49,425 bases of DNA from Octopus bimaculoides (Eukaryota), in contig NC_068988.1 in assembly GCF_001194135.2 (NCBI RefSeq), positions 63,863,130-63,912,554 of the forward strand. Reading direction: 5' to 3'. A program made the translations under genes and the position numbers. The notes below the pieces were generated by a model. That model had not been told where the DNA came from and made no database searches. It saw only the letters and a list, made by a program, of their open reading frames with translations. Shown piece by piece: positions 37,806 to 49,204 of the stretch (positions are counted from its first letter, which is position 1; the number at the start of each line of letters is the position of its first letter).

Positions 37806-37841
37806 CTGAAGAGGCAGTAAACACTCCGAAATGCATGCATC
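37806..37841 (+). ncRNA. Minimal type-I hammerhead ribozyme motif, copy 1
   Basis: CTGAAGA-G-GCAGT-AAAC-ACTCC-GAAA-TGCATGCA-TC: intact CUGANGA and GAAA core, stem II with one defect, palindromic stem III and an AUC triplet. Stem I is not recoverable. Confidence 0.7.
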
Positions 37842-38119
37842 CCTCAGTCTAGTTCGGTTGGGCTGTTAACTGATGCGATGTATTTACACCTATTTGTCTA
37901 CATCGAGATATTTTCTCCCTGACAAGATACAGAGAATATCTTTCTTATTGGTTCGAATATGCCACAAGTATATTTGAACTGGAAATAAATTTGTGCGGAC
38001 ACACACCACTGCTTAGCGTTGTCAACCCCCGTCTTCTACGGCGAACCGTAGAATAGCGCTACCAGTCTTTGAGCTTATCTTGTGTCAGTTCGCAGAATTT
38101 GCTTTTCCGTTCTCTATGG

Positions 38120-38155
38120 CCGAGGAAGATATAAACACTGCGAAATGCATGCATC
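38120..38155 (+). ncRNA. Minimal type-I hammerhead ribozyme motif, copy 2 (core mutated)
   Basis: CCGAGGA-A-GATAT-AAAC-ACTGC-GAAA-TGCATGCA-TC, exactly 314 bp after copy 1. It has a U4-to-C change and a damaged stem II. Confidence 0.55.
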
Positions 38156-38316
38156 CAACACTTTGGTTAGGTGAATTGTGAACCTACTTGGTGTATTTAT
38201 ACCTATTTGTCTACAGCAAAAACATTTCGCCATGACAAGATACAGGGAGTGCCTTTATTACGAGTTCGAACAAGCCACATCATATCTGACCTGGTAATAT
38301 ATATATATATATATAA

Positions 38317-38583
38317 AACGTAGTTCTCGGAGAGATTGTACGTGACATAGAGTGTGACAAGGCTGGCCCTTTGAGATACAGGTACAACAGATACAGGAAC
38401 AAAGAGTGAGAGAAAATTGTGGTGAAAGAATACAGCAGGGTTCGCCACCACCCCCTACCAGAGCCTCGTGGAGATTTAGGTGTTTTCGTTCAATAAAAAC
38501 TCACAATGCCGGCTCTGGGAATCGAAACCGCAATCCTATGACCGCGAGTCCGCTACCTTAACCACTGGGCAATTGCGCCTCCA
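38317..38583 (-). mobile_element. SINE family C (C1 head), 3' part missing
   Basis: Colinear with 16260-16528. The minus-strand head is GGAGGCGCAATTGCCCAGTGGTTAAGGTAGCGGACTCGCGGTC. Confidence 0.9.
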
Positions 38584-39304
38584 CATATACATATGTACGT
38601 ATTTATGTACGTATGTATNNNNNNNNNNNNNNNNNNNNNNNNNNNNNNNNNNNNNNNNNNNNNNNNNNNNNNNNNNNNNNNNNNNNNNNNNNNNNNNNNN
38701 NNNNNNNNNNNNNNNNNNNNNNNNNNNNNNNNNNNNNNNNNNNNNNNNNNNNNNNNNNNNNNNNNNNNNNNNNNNNNNNNNNNNNNNNNNNNNNNNNNNN
38801 NNNNNNNNNNNNNNNNNNNNNNNNNNNNNNNNNNNNNNNNNNNNNNNNNNNNNNNNNNNNNNNNNNNNNNNNNNNNNNNNNNNNNNNNNNNNNNNNNNNN
38901 NNNNNNNNNNNNNNNNNNNNNNNNNNNNNNNNNNNNNNNNNNNNNNNNNNNNNNNNNNNNNNNNNNNNNNNNNNNNNNNNNNNNNNNNNNNNNNNNNNNN
39001 NNNNNNNNNNNNNNNNNNNNNNNNNNNNNNNNNNNNNNNNNNNNNNNNNNNNNNNNNNNNNNNNNAGCGCTGCATCTGGTAATCCGATAGAGAACAACAC
39101 GGGGCAGATATGGTGTTTTTACATATTTTACCATATGAAAGAATTTTTTTCTCCACAGTAACTGCAGTGAATTTGCCTTTAGAATTAAGTAAAAATATAT
39201 TTATGCCTAAACACTGCTTGACACTGACACTGCTGAATTTTTTCCGGCCAGGCGTTCCAATAGCACAACTAATTCAATGTTGCTGAATGTGGTTTTGTGA
39301 AAGT

Positions 39305-39425
39305 TACCAAATTCACTCACAAGGCATTGGTCAGCTCGGGTCTGCGTAGTCAAAGGCACTTGTAATGGGACTGAAGCGAAAACTACGTGGTTGGAATGCG
39401 AGTTTCTTAATCACACAATCATGAG
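39305..39425 (-). mobile_element. Old SINE B 5' fragment
   Basis: TACCAAATTCACTCACAAGGCATTGGTC ... GGGACTGAA ... ACGTGGTTGG. Confidence 0.65.
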
Positions 39426-39644
39426 TTTGTGTAATGATAGGCATATGCATTTTATGTGGTAATGCTTTTTTATTAATATTGAAAATTTGACGTCTATGAC
39501 GCAAGAAAAATTAGCATTTTCTGCGATTACCCATGTATGTCAGATTCAGCAACGAATTCTTCCTGAAATCACACCATATCGTTTTTCTTTTTTTTTATGT
39601 CTATGATATTGGATAAACTGATCACAGATGCAATGCCTAAGATC

Positions 39645-39709
39645 ATCTATTTCTTTATCTATCTATATATTTATCTATTTCTTTATCTATCTATCTCTTT
39701 ATCTATCAT

Positions 39710-39740
<31 letters not shown>

Positions 39741-39753
39741 CTTTATCTATCAT

Positions 39754-39797
<44 letters not shown>

Positions 39798-39915
39798 CCT
39801 ATTTATTTATTTATCTACTTATTTGTCTATCTATCTATCCCTCTATCTGTTTACCCATCGCTCCATCTCTTTATCTATCTATTTATCTATTTGTCTATCT
39901 ATCTAACTATTTATC
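39645..39915. repeat. Degenerate (ATCT)n microsatellite
   Basis: Directly visible. Confidence 0.95.
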
Positions 39916-40719
39916 CATCTTCAAATACACACATCGATTTTAAAATTGGATGGAATGCATAGCATAAACTGCACACGATGTCAGATAGCAGGTCTGTATG
40001 ACCTCGGCTGGCTTTGTAATAAACAACATTTATTCCCTGCTAATCAGGTAGGCATACTTTCTGTGGTTACATAATGTGCTAAAAAGATGCAGATGCAATG
40101 AAAGTTCAAGTTCCTCGTCAAGGTCATGACGTCATTGCAGATTTTAAAATATCGTGAAGAATTGTGTGAATTACAATTTTGACATTCTGGACATATTTCT
40201 CTTTGTCAACTTTACAACTAAATTCTACATAATTATTGTCGTTGTTCTTGTATAACACACGGTAGCCATCCCTGTAGACAAGTGGTCGAAGAAATTCCAG
40301 TCGTAAGTTTTTTTTTATTTATTTATAACGAAATGCATTATCCAAGAAGATCATTCGTATATTCAAGAGCGATTTAAGAAATATTTCGCTGGTATTTTTA
40401 GTATGCCGAGCGATGACGTAAAAATTCCTATTGTTGATTAGAACGGAGAGAATCAAAGTGGACTAAGATGATGTGAATTCTAACATTTTGGACTGATTGT
40501 TTTTTTTTCTAAGAATTGCGAAAACGTGAGCTGTACATTAAACTGAACGTTAAATTCCACATCAATTTGAATTATTACAGACGTACAAAGGTTTTTAAAT
40601 TCATTGTCAAATTGCGTCTTATATAGAACAGTTCAAATTCTCATCACGTTTCAAAGCACACAGATACTACACTAGAGTAAAACCAGATAGGTATGTCAGA
40701 AAACGTGATACAAAGCTTT

Positions 40720-40865
40720 ATAGGCACAGGCACGGCTGTGTGGGTAAGAAGGACGCCTTTCAACCATGTGTGTTTGGGTTCAGTTCCAATGCGCGGTGCC
40801 TTGGGTAATTGTATTCTACTATAGTCCTATTCCACCGAATAACAATTTGTAAGTGAATTTGATAG
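40720..40865 (+). mobile_element. SINE B 5' half running into an N-gap
   Basis: ATAGGCACAGGCACGGCTGTGTGGGTAAG ... GGGTTCAGTTCC ... GTAAGTGAATTTGATAG. Confidence 0.8.
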
Positions 40866-41256
40866 NNNNNNNNNNNNNNNNNNNNNNNNNNNNNNNNNNN
40901 NNNNNNNNNNNNNNNNNNNNNNNNNNNNNNNNNNNNNNNNNNNNNNNNNNNNNNNNNNNNNNNNNNNNNNNNNNNNNNNNNNNNNNNNNNNNNNNNNNNN
41001 NNNNNNNNNNNNNNNNNNNNNNNNNNNNNNNNNNNNNNNNNNNNNNNNNNNNNNNNNNNNNNNNNNNNNNNNNNNNNNNNNNNNNNNNNNNNNNNNNNNN
41101 NNNNNNNNNNNNNNNNNNNNNNNNNNNNNNNNNNNNNNNNNNNNNNNNNNNNNNNNNNNNNNNNNNNNNNNNNNNNNNNNNNNNNNNNNNNNNNNNNNNN
41201 NNNNNNNNNNNNNNNNNNNNNNNNNNNNNNNNNNNNNNNNNNNNNNNNNGTATATA

Positions 41257-41520
41257 CAGGGTGCGGTGAATATATTGTCGTCTAAATTAGGTAAAAATGC
41301 AAATGGCACTGACATCTCATTTTAACAGATATATTTACCAAAGTTACACAAAAATATCTTGTCTTCAACCCCAGCCTCCAGACGACTTCGGAATCTCCTG
41401 CAACTCTTCGGGGCGGTCCCCTTGTTTAAGTTGGTGAATGATGCCATAATCCTTGCCTTCAGTTCATCTTTGGTGCTACAAGGAGTTTTGTTGGTCTCTC
41501 ACTCAACTGCGCCCCAACAT
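41257..41520 (-). mobile_element. Tc1/mariner transposase C-terminal relic with one TIR
   Basis: TA|CAGGGTG terminus. The minus strand reads WGAVE*ETNKTPCSTKDELKARIMASFTNLNKGTAPKSCRRFRSRLEAGVE. Confidence 0.85.
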
Positions 41521-41737
41521 AATAATCCTTTCTATTATAGGCGCAAGGCCTGAAATTTGGGGGATGTGGATAATTGATTAAATCGATTCCCAGTACTCAA
41601 CTGGTATTTATTTTATCGACCCCGAAATGATGAAAGGTAAAGTCGACGTCGGCGGAATATGAACTCAGAACGTAGCAATGGGCAAAATATTGTTAAGCAT
41701 TTCGTCCAGCGTGCTAACAATTCTACCAGCTCCTTAC
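41521..41737 (-). mobile_element. SINE family A, tail variant ii
   Basis: Family A core with the AATAATCCTTTCTATTATAGGCGCAAGGCCTGAAATTTGG tail on the + strand. Confidence 0.9.
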
Positions 41738-41970
41738 CATCCCCACACGTAATAATCAAGGGAGTTGCAGTCTTGGGAGTTAGGTGACCAGATGTTACGG
41801 GTGATGTGGTTGTAGAGATTGTCTTACTAGTAGCTTGCGGTATATACCTTGCTTGGCTGTCTACCACTTCCGAGGTTCCGCTCGCTATGAAACATATGTA
41901 GCCCGGATCGTATCTACTCCACACCTTAACTCTTGTGTACATTGTACATGCGTGTGTGTTTGTGTGTTTT

Positions 41971-42075
<105 letters not shown>

Positions 42076-42319
42076 GTCGAACGATGATAATGAATGCTCA
42101 ACACCACATTCGTGGATATAATTTCTTATTTGTGAATATATATATCAATGTATGAAAATATGTGTGTGTGCGTGTGCGATGAGTGTGTATGTGTGCATTT
42201 ATATTCATACATATGTATGTAATATGTGTGTATTATGCATGCGTATATATATATATATGTGTGTGTTTGAGTGTGTTTGTGTGTGTGTTTATGTTTGTGC
42301 TTTGCATCCTTAACTCATC

Positions 42320-42520
42320 ACGCCGCTTAACAACCGGTGCTGGGTTTTTTACATCCTTCTAGCTTAGCTATTCTGCAGCAGACACCAACACCAATAGAAC
42401 AAGTACTAGACTTAAAAGAAAAACAAGTGCTGGGTGTCGATTTATTCGACCAAACTCTGCAAGATGATGCTCCAGCATGACCACAGTCCAATGAACAAAA
42501 CAAGCCAAAGATAAAAGGAT
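42320..42520 (+). mobile_element. SINE B 3' half after a TG/TA tract
   Basis: CGCTTAACAACCGGTGCTGG through GCTCCAGCATGACCACAGTCCAATG. Confidence 0.8.
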
Positions 42521-42777
42521 ATGCTACCAGAAAAGATCGATAATGACAGACTGATAGACAGAAAATGGTTAGAATCAATATATACTGTAAGAAAGACTTG
42601 TAAACTGGAAAATGTGTTTATGCATGATCCTTTGCCAGACAACCAGAAACTAGACAAAACTGAAATAATGACTTTGGTTGAACGCCGGAGGACCAAATAT
42701 CGCTGCCGAGCGCACGTAGTCAGAACGTATGCTGTCCGTTTCAGATGTCCACGTCACATCTTACAGCCTTTACAGGC

Positions 42778-42991
42778 TTTCAAATTTTGGCGCAACGCCA
42801 GCAAGTTCGAGGAAGGCAGTATGTCGATTAAATCCAACCCCCAATACTCAACTGGTACTTATTTTATCGACCCCAAAAGGATGAAAGACAAAATCGACCT
42901 CGGTGATATTTGAACACAGAATGTAACGACGGACTAAATGCTCCTAAGCATTTTACTCGGCATACCAACGACTCGGCTAGATTTCCACCTT
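42778..42991 (-). mobile_element. SINE family A, tail variant iii
   Basis: Core CTGGTACTTATTTTATCGACCCC..GGATGAAAG with TTCAAATTTTGGCGCAACGCCAGCAAG tail. Confidence 0.85.
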
Positions 42992-43009
42992 ACTGGGGAA
43001 AGAAATATT

Positions 43010-43209
43010 GGTTTCAAATGTTAGCACAAAGCCAGCAAGTGAATAAGACAATTACATCCACCAACAATGCTTCACTGGTATTGTTTATCGACCCCGAAAT
43101 GATGAAAGGCAAAGTTGACCTCGGCGAAATTTGAACACAGAACGTAACGACGGACGAAATGCCTGTAAGTATTTGACCCTAAGTGCTAACGTTTCTGCCA
43201 GCTCATCGC
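43010..43209 (-). mobile_element. SINE family A, tail variant iii
   Basis: GTTTCAAATGTTAGCACAAAGCCAGCAAG tail through GCTAACGTTTCTGCCAGCTC head. Confidence 0.85.
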
Positions 43210-43279
43210 ATAGCAGGAGGACTAAAAATGAAGTTACCAAGACAACAGTAACAAATTGTTAGAAAAAATCTTGTCCCCA

Positions 43280-43506
43280 TTTATATTGTCCACGGGAGGC
43301 TAAATGTAGAGGGGACAAACAAGGACAGACAAAGGATTACGTCGATTACATCGACCCCAGTGCGAAAGTGGTACTTATTTAATTGGACCGGAAAGGATGA
43401 AAAGCAAAGTCGACCTCGGTGGAAATTGAATTCAGAACGTAACGGCAGACGAAATATCGCTAAGCAGTTCTCTCGGCGTGCTAACGACTCTGCTAGCTCA
43501 ATGCCT
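43280..43506 (-). mobile_element. SINE family A, tail variant i
   Basis: GGCTAAATGTAGAGGGGACAAACAAGGACAGACAAAGG tail through GTGCTAACGACTCTGCTAGCTC head. Confidence 0.88.
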
Positions 43507-43657
43507 TCTGTTCCCAGATATATATTGATTGACAAAAGCAAGCTTGGTGGGTAGGTGACATGGAGAACGATAGAAACAGAAGCTATCAGACAGCTGAAGT
43601 CTTCATAAAGCAAGACAACCCACATATATGACACACTCATACACACACGCATACACA

Positions 43658-43738
<81 letters not shown>

Positions 43739-43857
43739 AAACAAAAGTCATGAAAGAGTAAGGGAATGAACCTGAGGGATTGGTAGTAACTTTTCACTTA
43801 ATGCTGATCAAAAGTGGAAGCATCGCAAGCTACATGATCGTGACTGCGACACCACGT

Positions 43858-43858
43858 T

Positions 43859-43928
<70 letters not shown>

Positions 43929-43972
43929 GGTGGAGGTGGTAGTTTGGTAGTAGTAGTAGTAGTAGTAGTAGC

Positions 43973-44026
<54 letters not shown>
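43858..44026. repeat. Compound (TAG)n-(TGG)n-(TAG)n microsatellite
   Basis: Directly visible. Confidence 0.95.
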
Positions 44027-44027
<1 letters not shown>

Positions 44028-44398
44028 AAAGAAGGGGAGGAAGAGACGTAAGATTCGTAAGAACACGGAAAATGCATTGCTTTGCATTTCAGTGTGCAGA
44101 TCCAATCTAGATCCCGTTTAATTTCTTTTCATTCCTCGAGGGCTNNNNNNNNNNNNNNNNNNNNNNNNNNNNNNGCGACAAATATATATATATTTAGACG
44201 TGTGCGCTTCTCTGAATCTAGAATCTCTGCCATATAAATCTATAAATTTATGAACGTGAACATAGATACGTATGTGTGCATATGTGAGTGTCTGTGTGCA
44301 CATGAATACACATATATGCACACATAAATTAAACACAAATTTTACAAAATACTGTTAAACTTGGGAATGGTTATATTATTTTGATTATACACGCGCAC

Positions 44399-44511
44399 AG
44401 ACTTGCGTTCTGAATTCAAATTCCGCCGAGGTCAACTTTGCCTTTCATCCTTTCGGGTTCGACTAACCCCCTCCCCCAAAATTTCGGGCCTTGTGCCTAG
44501 AGTAGAAAAGA
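44399..44511 (+). mobile_element. Short SINE A copy (5'-truncated, internal deletion, tail ii) with 15-bp TSD
   Basis: TSD ATTATACACGCGCAC (44384-44398) and ATTATACACACGCAC (44512-44526). Confidence 0.85.
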
Positions 44512-44764
44512 ATTATACACACGCACTATATAATTTGTCTTCAGTTCAGTTTTAATTTTATTATTTTATTTTCTTTGCCAAAGCTCTTTCGTCACACATC
44601 TTTTAACCTTCTCGGCGACTCTCTATCCCGCGTGTCCTCAATTGTTCTCCTAATTCCAAAGACAAAATGGACTAAGCAGAACAAAAGGGGACATTTGGGA
44701 TTAAGAATCGTTGAACAGGTAACGAAAGAGCTTTGACAAAGATACTATAATAATAATAATAATA

Positions 44765-45010
44765 ATAATGACAATAAAATCTCGAGAAGTACATGGAACA
44801 AATAGGGGCTGCATTAAGGGTGGAGGAGCACTTGCAGAAAATGGCACTGCTTGGAACTGCTCGAATACTCGGAAAGGTGCTCGACAAATAAAAGGTGTTA
44901 CCTTAGTTCACTGGTAGTGAACAGCTAACACCGTAGTACATCTCCAGCGTTAGAAGCTGTGCAAAGGCAACAACAACAACAACAATAATAATAATAATAA
45001 TAATAATAAT
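44765..45010 (+). mobile_element. 3' end of an R4/Dong-like element between AAT repeats
   Basis: LEKYMEQIGAALRVEEHLQKMALLGTARILGKVLDK*, a 3' UTR of about 75 bp and a (CAA)(AAT)n tail, with (AAT)n upstream as well. Confidence 0.85.
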
Positions 45011-45630
45011 NNNNNNNNNNNNNNNNNNNNNNNNNNNNNNNNNNNNNNNNNNNNNNNNNNNNNNNNNNNNNNNNNNNNNNNNNNNNNNNNNNNNNNNNNN
45101 NNNNNNNNNNNNNNNNNNNNNNNNNNNNNNNNNNNNNNNNNNNNNNNNNNNNNNNNNNNNNNNNNNNNNNNNNNNNNNNNNNNNNNNNNNNNNNNNNNNN
45201 NNNNNNNNNNNNNNNNNNNNNNNNNNNNNNNNNNNNNNNNNNNNNNNNNNNNNNNNNNNNNNNNNNNNNNNNNNNNNNNNNNNNNNNNNNNNNNNNNNNN
45301 NNNNNNNNNNNNNNNNNNNNNNNNNNNNNNNNNNNNNNNNNNNNNNNNNNNNNNNNNNNNNNNNNNNNNNNNNNNNNNNNNNNNNNNNNNNNNNNNNNNN
45401 NNNNNNNNNNNNNNNNNNNNNNNNNNNNNNNNNNNNNNNNNNNNNNNNNNNNNNNNNNNNNNNNNNNNNNNNNNNNNNNNNNNNNNNNNNNNNNNNNNNN
45501 NNNNNNNNNNNNNNNNNNNNNNNNNNNNNNNNNNNNNNNNNNNNNNNNNNNNNNNNNNNNNNNNNNNNNNNNNNNNNNNNNNNNGACCTATGTGTATTAT
45601 ATATTGATGCGACCACAGAAATACAATTAG

Positions 45631-46447
45631 TGTTATATCCCTATCTCCCGAGCTGGGTTTTGAAACCATATTCTGGTTGGTGGTGGCATGGCATTTCCTT
45701 TGTCTTGTCAGCAACCACAGCTATTTTTAGCGTAGGAGTGATCGCTGCCCCTTTCCGGTCAGCGAAAGTTCAGAAACGCAGGATAGGAATCGTACTGAAC
45801 TGACCCAGCTTTGGGAAGGGGTAAGGTAACACTATTGGGCTACGGTATTTGTGAGAAATACGAGAACAGGAATTGGCGCGAAGCAGTCGGCCGAGGATTT
45901 GGGGGCAGTCGAGTAGTAGCAGTCGGCGAAGCATTTGGCGAGGATTTGGGTAGCAGTCGAGTTGGGTACAGGCGAGTTGGCCTGAGAGTTGTATGAAGTG
46001 AAGATGAACAATGATAAGTCTGACAGAGAGTGAGCGCCTATAGTCAGCAGAAATGCATAGAGTCTCAGAGAGAGAGGGACAGAGAGATGGGATTCTGGCA
46101 GCCAAAAGAGATAGTAATAGTCAATTGTTTACTTCTTGGATCGTACGGTGTTTGTGAAAGAAAGGAAGTTATTACAGCAAAGGTTTGTCTAAATATTCTT
46201 CCAAGAAAAATGTACTTGTCGTTATGATGTATAAAGAAAAAGAACTGTTAACTGTGATGTTAACTTAAAAGAAAACAAAGAAGTGAAAGAACTTTTAAAG
46301 GACTCGATGTACGAACTCTTGTTTATGTAATGATTGCAAACCCTTGATTATGTTGCATGCGCTATTATATGCTATTGAATTTATTATTACACAATGTTTT
46401 ATTCTGATGTTTGATGTAAAAAGAAAAGGTTAGTTCCGCTACCCAAC
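45631..46447. mobile_element. LTR-like segment (possible solo LTR)
   Basis: Starts TGTTAT and ends ...CCCAAC at a gap, so the terminal CA cannot be confirmed. The middle is GC-rich with short internal duplications at 45875-45966. It is non-coding. Confidence 0.35.
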
Positions 46448-47274
46448 NNNNNNNNNNNNNNNNNNNNNNNNNNNNNNNNNNNNNNNNNNNNNNNNNNNNN
46501 NNNNNNNNNNNNNNNNNNNNNNNNNNNNNNNNNNNNNNNNNNNNNNNNNNNNNNNNNNNNNNNNNNNNNNNNNNNNNNNNNNNNNNNNNNNNNNNNNNNN
46601 NNNNNNNNNNNNNNNNNNNNNNNNNNNNNNNNNNNNNNNNNNNNNNNNNNNNNNNNNNNNNNNNNNNNNNNNNNNNNNNNNNNNNNNNNNNNNNNNNNNN
46701 NNNNNNNNNNNNNNNNNNNNNNNNNNNNNNNNNNNNNNNNNNNNNNNNNNNNNNNNNNNNNNNNNNNNNNNNNNNNNNNNNNNNNNNNNNNNNNNNNNNN
46801 NNNNNNNNNNNNNNNNNNNNNNNNNNNNNNNNNNNNNNNNNNNNNNNNNNNNNNNNNNNNNNNNNNNNNNNNNNNNNNNNNNNNNNNNNNNNNNNNNNNN
46901 NNNNNNNNNNNNNNNNNNNNNNNNNNNNNNNNNNNNNNNNNNNNNNNNNNNNNNNNNNNNNNNNNNNNNNNNNNNNNNNNNNNNNNNNNNNNNNNNNNNN
47001 NNNNNNNNNNNNNNNNNNNNNNNNNNNNNNNNNNNNNNNNNNNNNNNNNNNNNNNNNNNNNNNNNNNNNNNNNNNNNNNNNNNNNNNNNNNNNNNNNNNN
47101 NNNNNNNNNNNNNNNNNNNNNNNNNNNNNNNNNNNNNNNNNNNNNNNNNNNNNNNNNNNNNNNNNNNNNNNNNNNNNNNNNNNNNNNNNNNNNNNNNNNN
47201 NNNNNNNNNNNNNNNNNNNNNNNNNNNNNNNNNNNNNNNNNNNNNNNNNNNNNNNNNNNNNNNNNNNNNNNNNN

Positions 47275-47327
<53 letters not shown>

Positions 47328-47583
47328 GTATCAATGACGTTCAGACAGATATAAATAGACTGCATATGTTATGCATACATACACGATTTCTCAAAGTGGT
47401 TAATGGTACAAATGTCTTACTTCACATCTCAGTGACTTTGTCTGCTCTGAACTTCGCTGTAAAATTATTTGCTTCGATAAATCAAATTACACAATCACAA
47501 ACCATACTGGCTTCACACATAAACTGGTACAAGCATTGATATAAATATCAGAGCATACAGACAACAACTCACACACTTACGCC

Positions 47584-47645
<62 letters not shown>

Positions 47646-47788
47646 TATATATATATTTATATTTATATATACATACACATATCTACACATACATACATAC
47701 ACACATACACAAGCACACACATACATATATATATATATGTAGTATATATGTATATAGTATATATATATATGTATATGTAGTATATATG

Positions 47789-47821
<33 letters not shown>

Positions 47822-48530
47822 NNNNNNNNNNNNNNNNNNNNNNNNNNNNNNNNNNNNNNNNNNNNNNNNNNNNNNNNNNNNNNNNNNNNNNNNNNNNNNN
47901 NNNNNNNNNNNNNNNNNNNNNNNNNNNNNNNNNNNNNNNNNNNNNNNNNNNNNNNNNNNNNNNNNNNNNNNNNNNNNNNNNNNNNNNNNNNNNNNNNNNN
48001 NNNNNNNNNNNNNNNNNNNNNNNNNNNNNNNNNNNNNNNNNNNNNNNNNNNNNNNNNNNNNNNNNNNNNNNNNNNNNNNNNNNNNNNNNNNNNNNNNNNN
48101 NNNNNNNNNNNNNNNNNNNNNNNNNNNNNNNNNNNNNNNNNNNNNNNNNNNNNNNNNNNNNNNNNNNNNNNNNNNNNNNNNNNNNNNNNNNNNNNNNNNN
48201 NNNNNNNNNNNNNNNNNNNNNNNNNNNNNNNNNNNNNNNNNNNNNNNNNNNNNNNNNNNNNNNNNNNNNNNNNNNNNNNNNNNNNNNNNNNNNNNNNNNN
48301 NNNNNNNNNNNNNNNNNNNNNNNNNNNNNNNNNNNNNNNNNNNNNNNNNNNNNNNNNNNNNNNNNNNNNNNNNNNNNNNNNNNNNNNNNNNNNNNNNNNN
48401 NNNNNNNNNNNNNNNNNNNNNNNNNNNNNNNNNNNNNNNNNNNNNNNNNNNNNNNNNNNNNNNNNNNNNNNNNNNNNNNNNNNNNNNNNNNNNNNNNNNN
48501 NNNNNNNNNNNNNNNNNNNNNNNNNNNNNN

Positions 48531-48584
<54 letters not shown>

Positions 48585-49204
48585 TATATGTATATGTTAC
48601 ATAACATATTGCATATACAGAAAATTTTTCAATGACGAAGTTTTGTGAAACTAGTAAGAGTCCGTTTGCTGACGATAATACCAGGATATGTTGCGCAACA
48701 AAATTATTCTTTGCGTAGGCATGTCATTGCATCGACCAACAGCAATAGCTTGCTAACCTAACAATAAGAGAAGGAAAAAGGTTGATCGAAAAAGTACATC
48801 GAAGAAAGACTAATGCACCATGTGCTACATTGTTCATAGAATATTTCTTTATAAGCCCTGACGAAGTTCATGAATGAGGCATCGCTACTATTTCTAGCGG
48901 GTTCCGCGAAGATGTACGCGCTCTCAACAGCTTCAACTGCAAGAACATTTAAACATGTTACGGTTGACGTAACCAACTTGCTGATGTGTAAAATTTGCTG
49001 ATATGTGAAGCATGGAAAATAATTTGGTTAATAAAAAGTGTAGAAGAAAAGACAGGAAAAGTAAATTGCCGAAAGTTATTTAACATGTCATAGTAATCTT
49101 TTTAAACATCTTGTAACATAGAACTAAAAGAATATTATTACACACGCAAACACCTCCACCACGCACCCATGATTATATATATGTGTGTGTGAGTGTGTAT
49201 CTTA

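Larger units (their letters stand above)
37806..38300 (+). repeat. Diverged direct tandem repeat, period 314 bp (about 1.6 units visible)
   Basis: Shared blocks TGTATTTA(C/T)ACCTATTTGTCTACA, TGACAAGATACAG, GTTCGAA and GCCACA occur in register at 37879-37987 and 38193-38300. Confidence 0.9.

Noticed and set aside
48631-48875. Hammerhead-like words ATGACGAAGTTTTGTGAAACTAGTA and CTGACGAAG
   Set aside because: The first lacks C3, stem II and stem I. The second has no GAAA in place. The flanks are not repeated.
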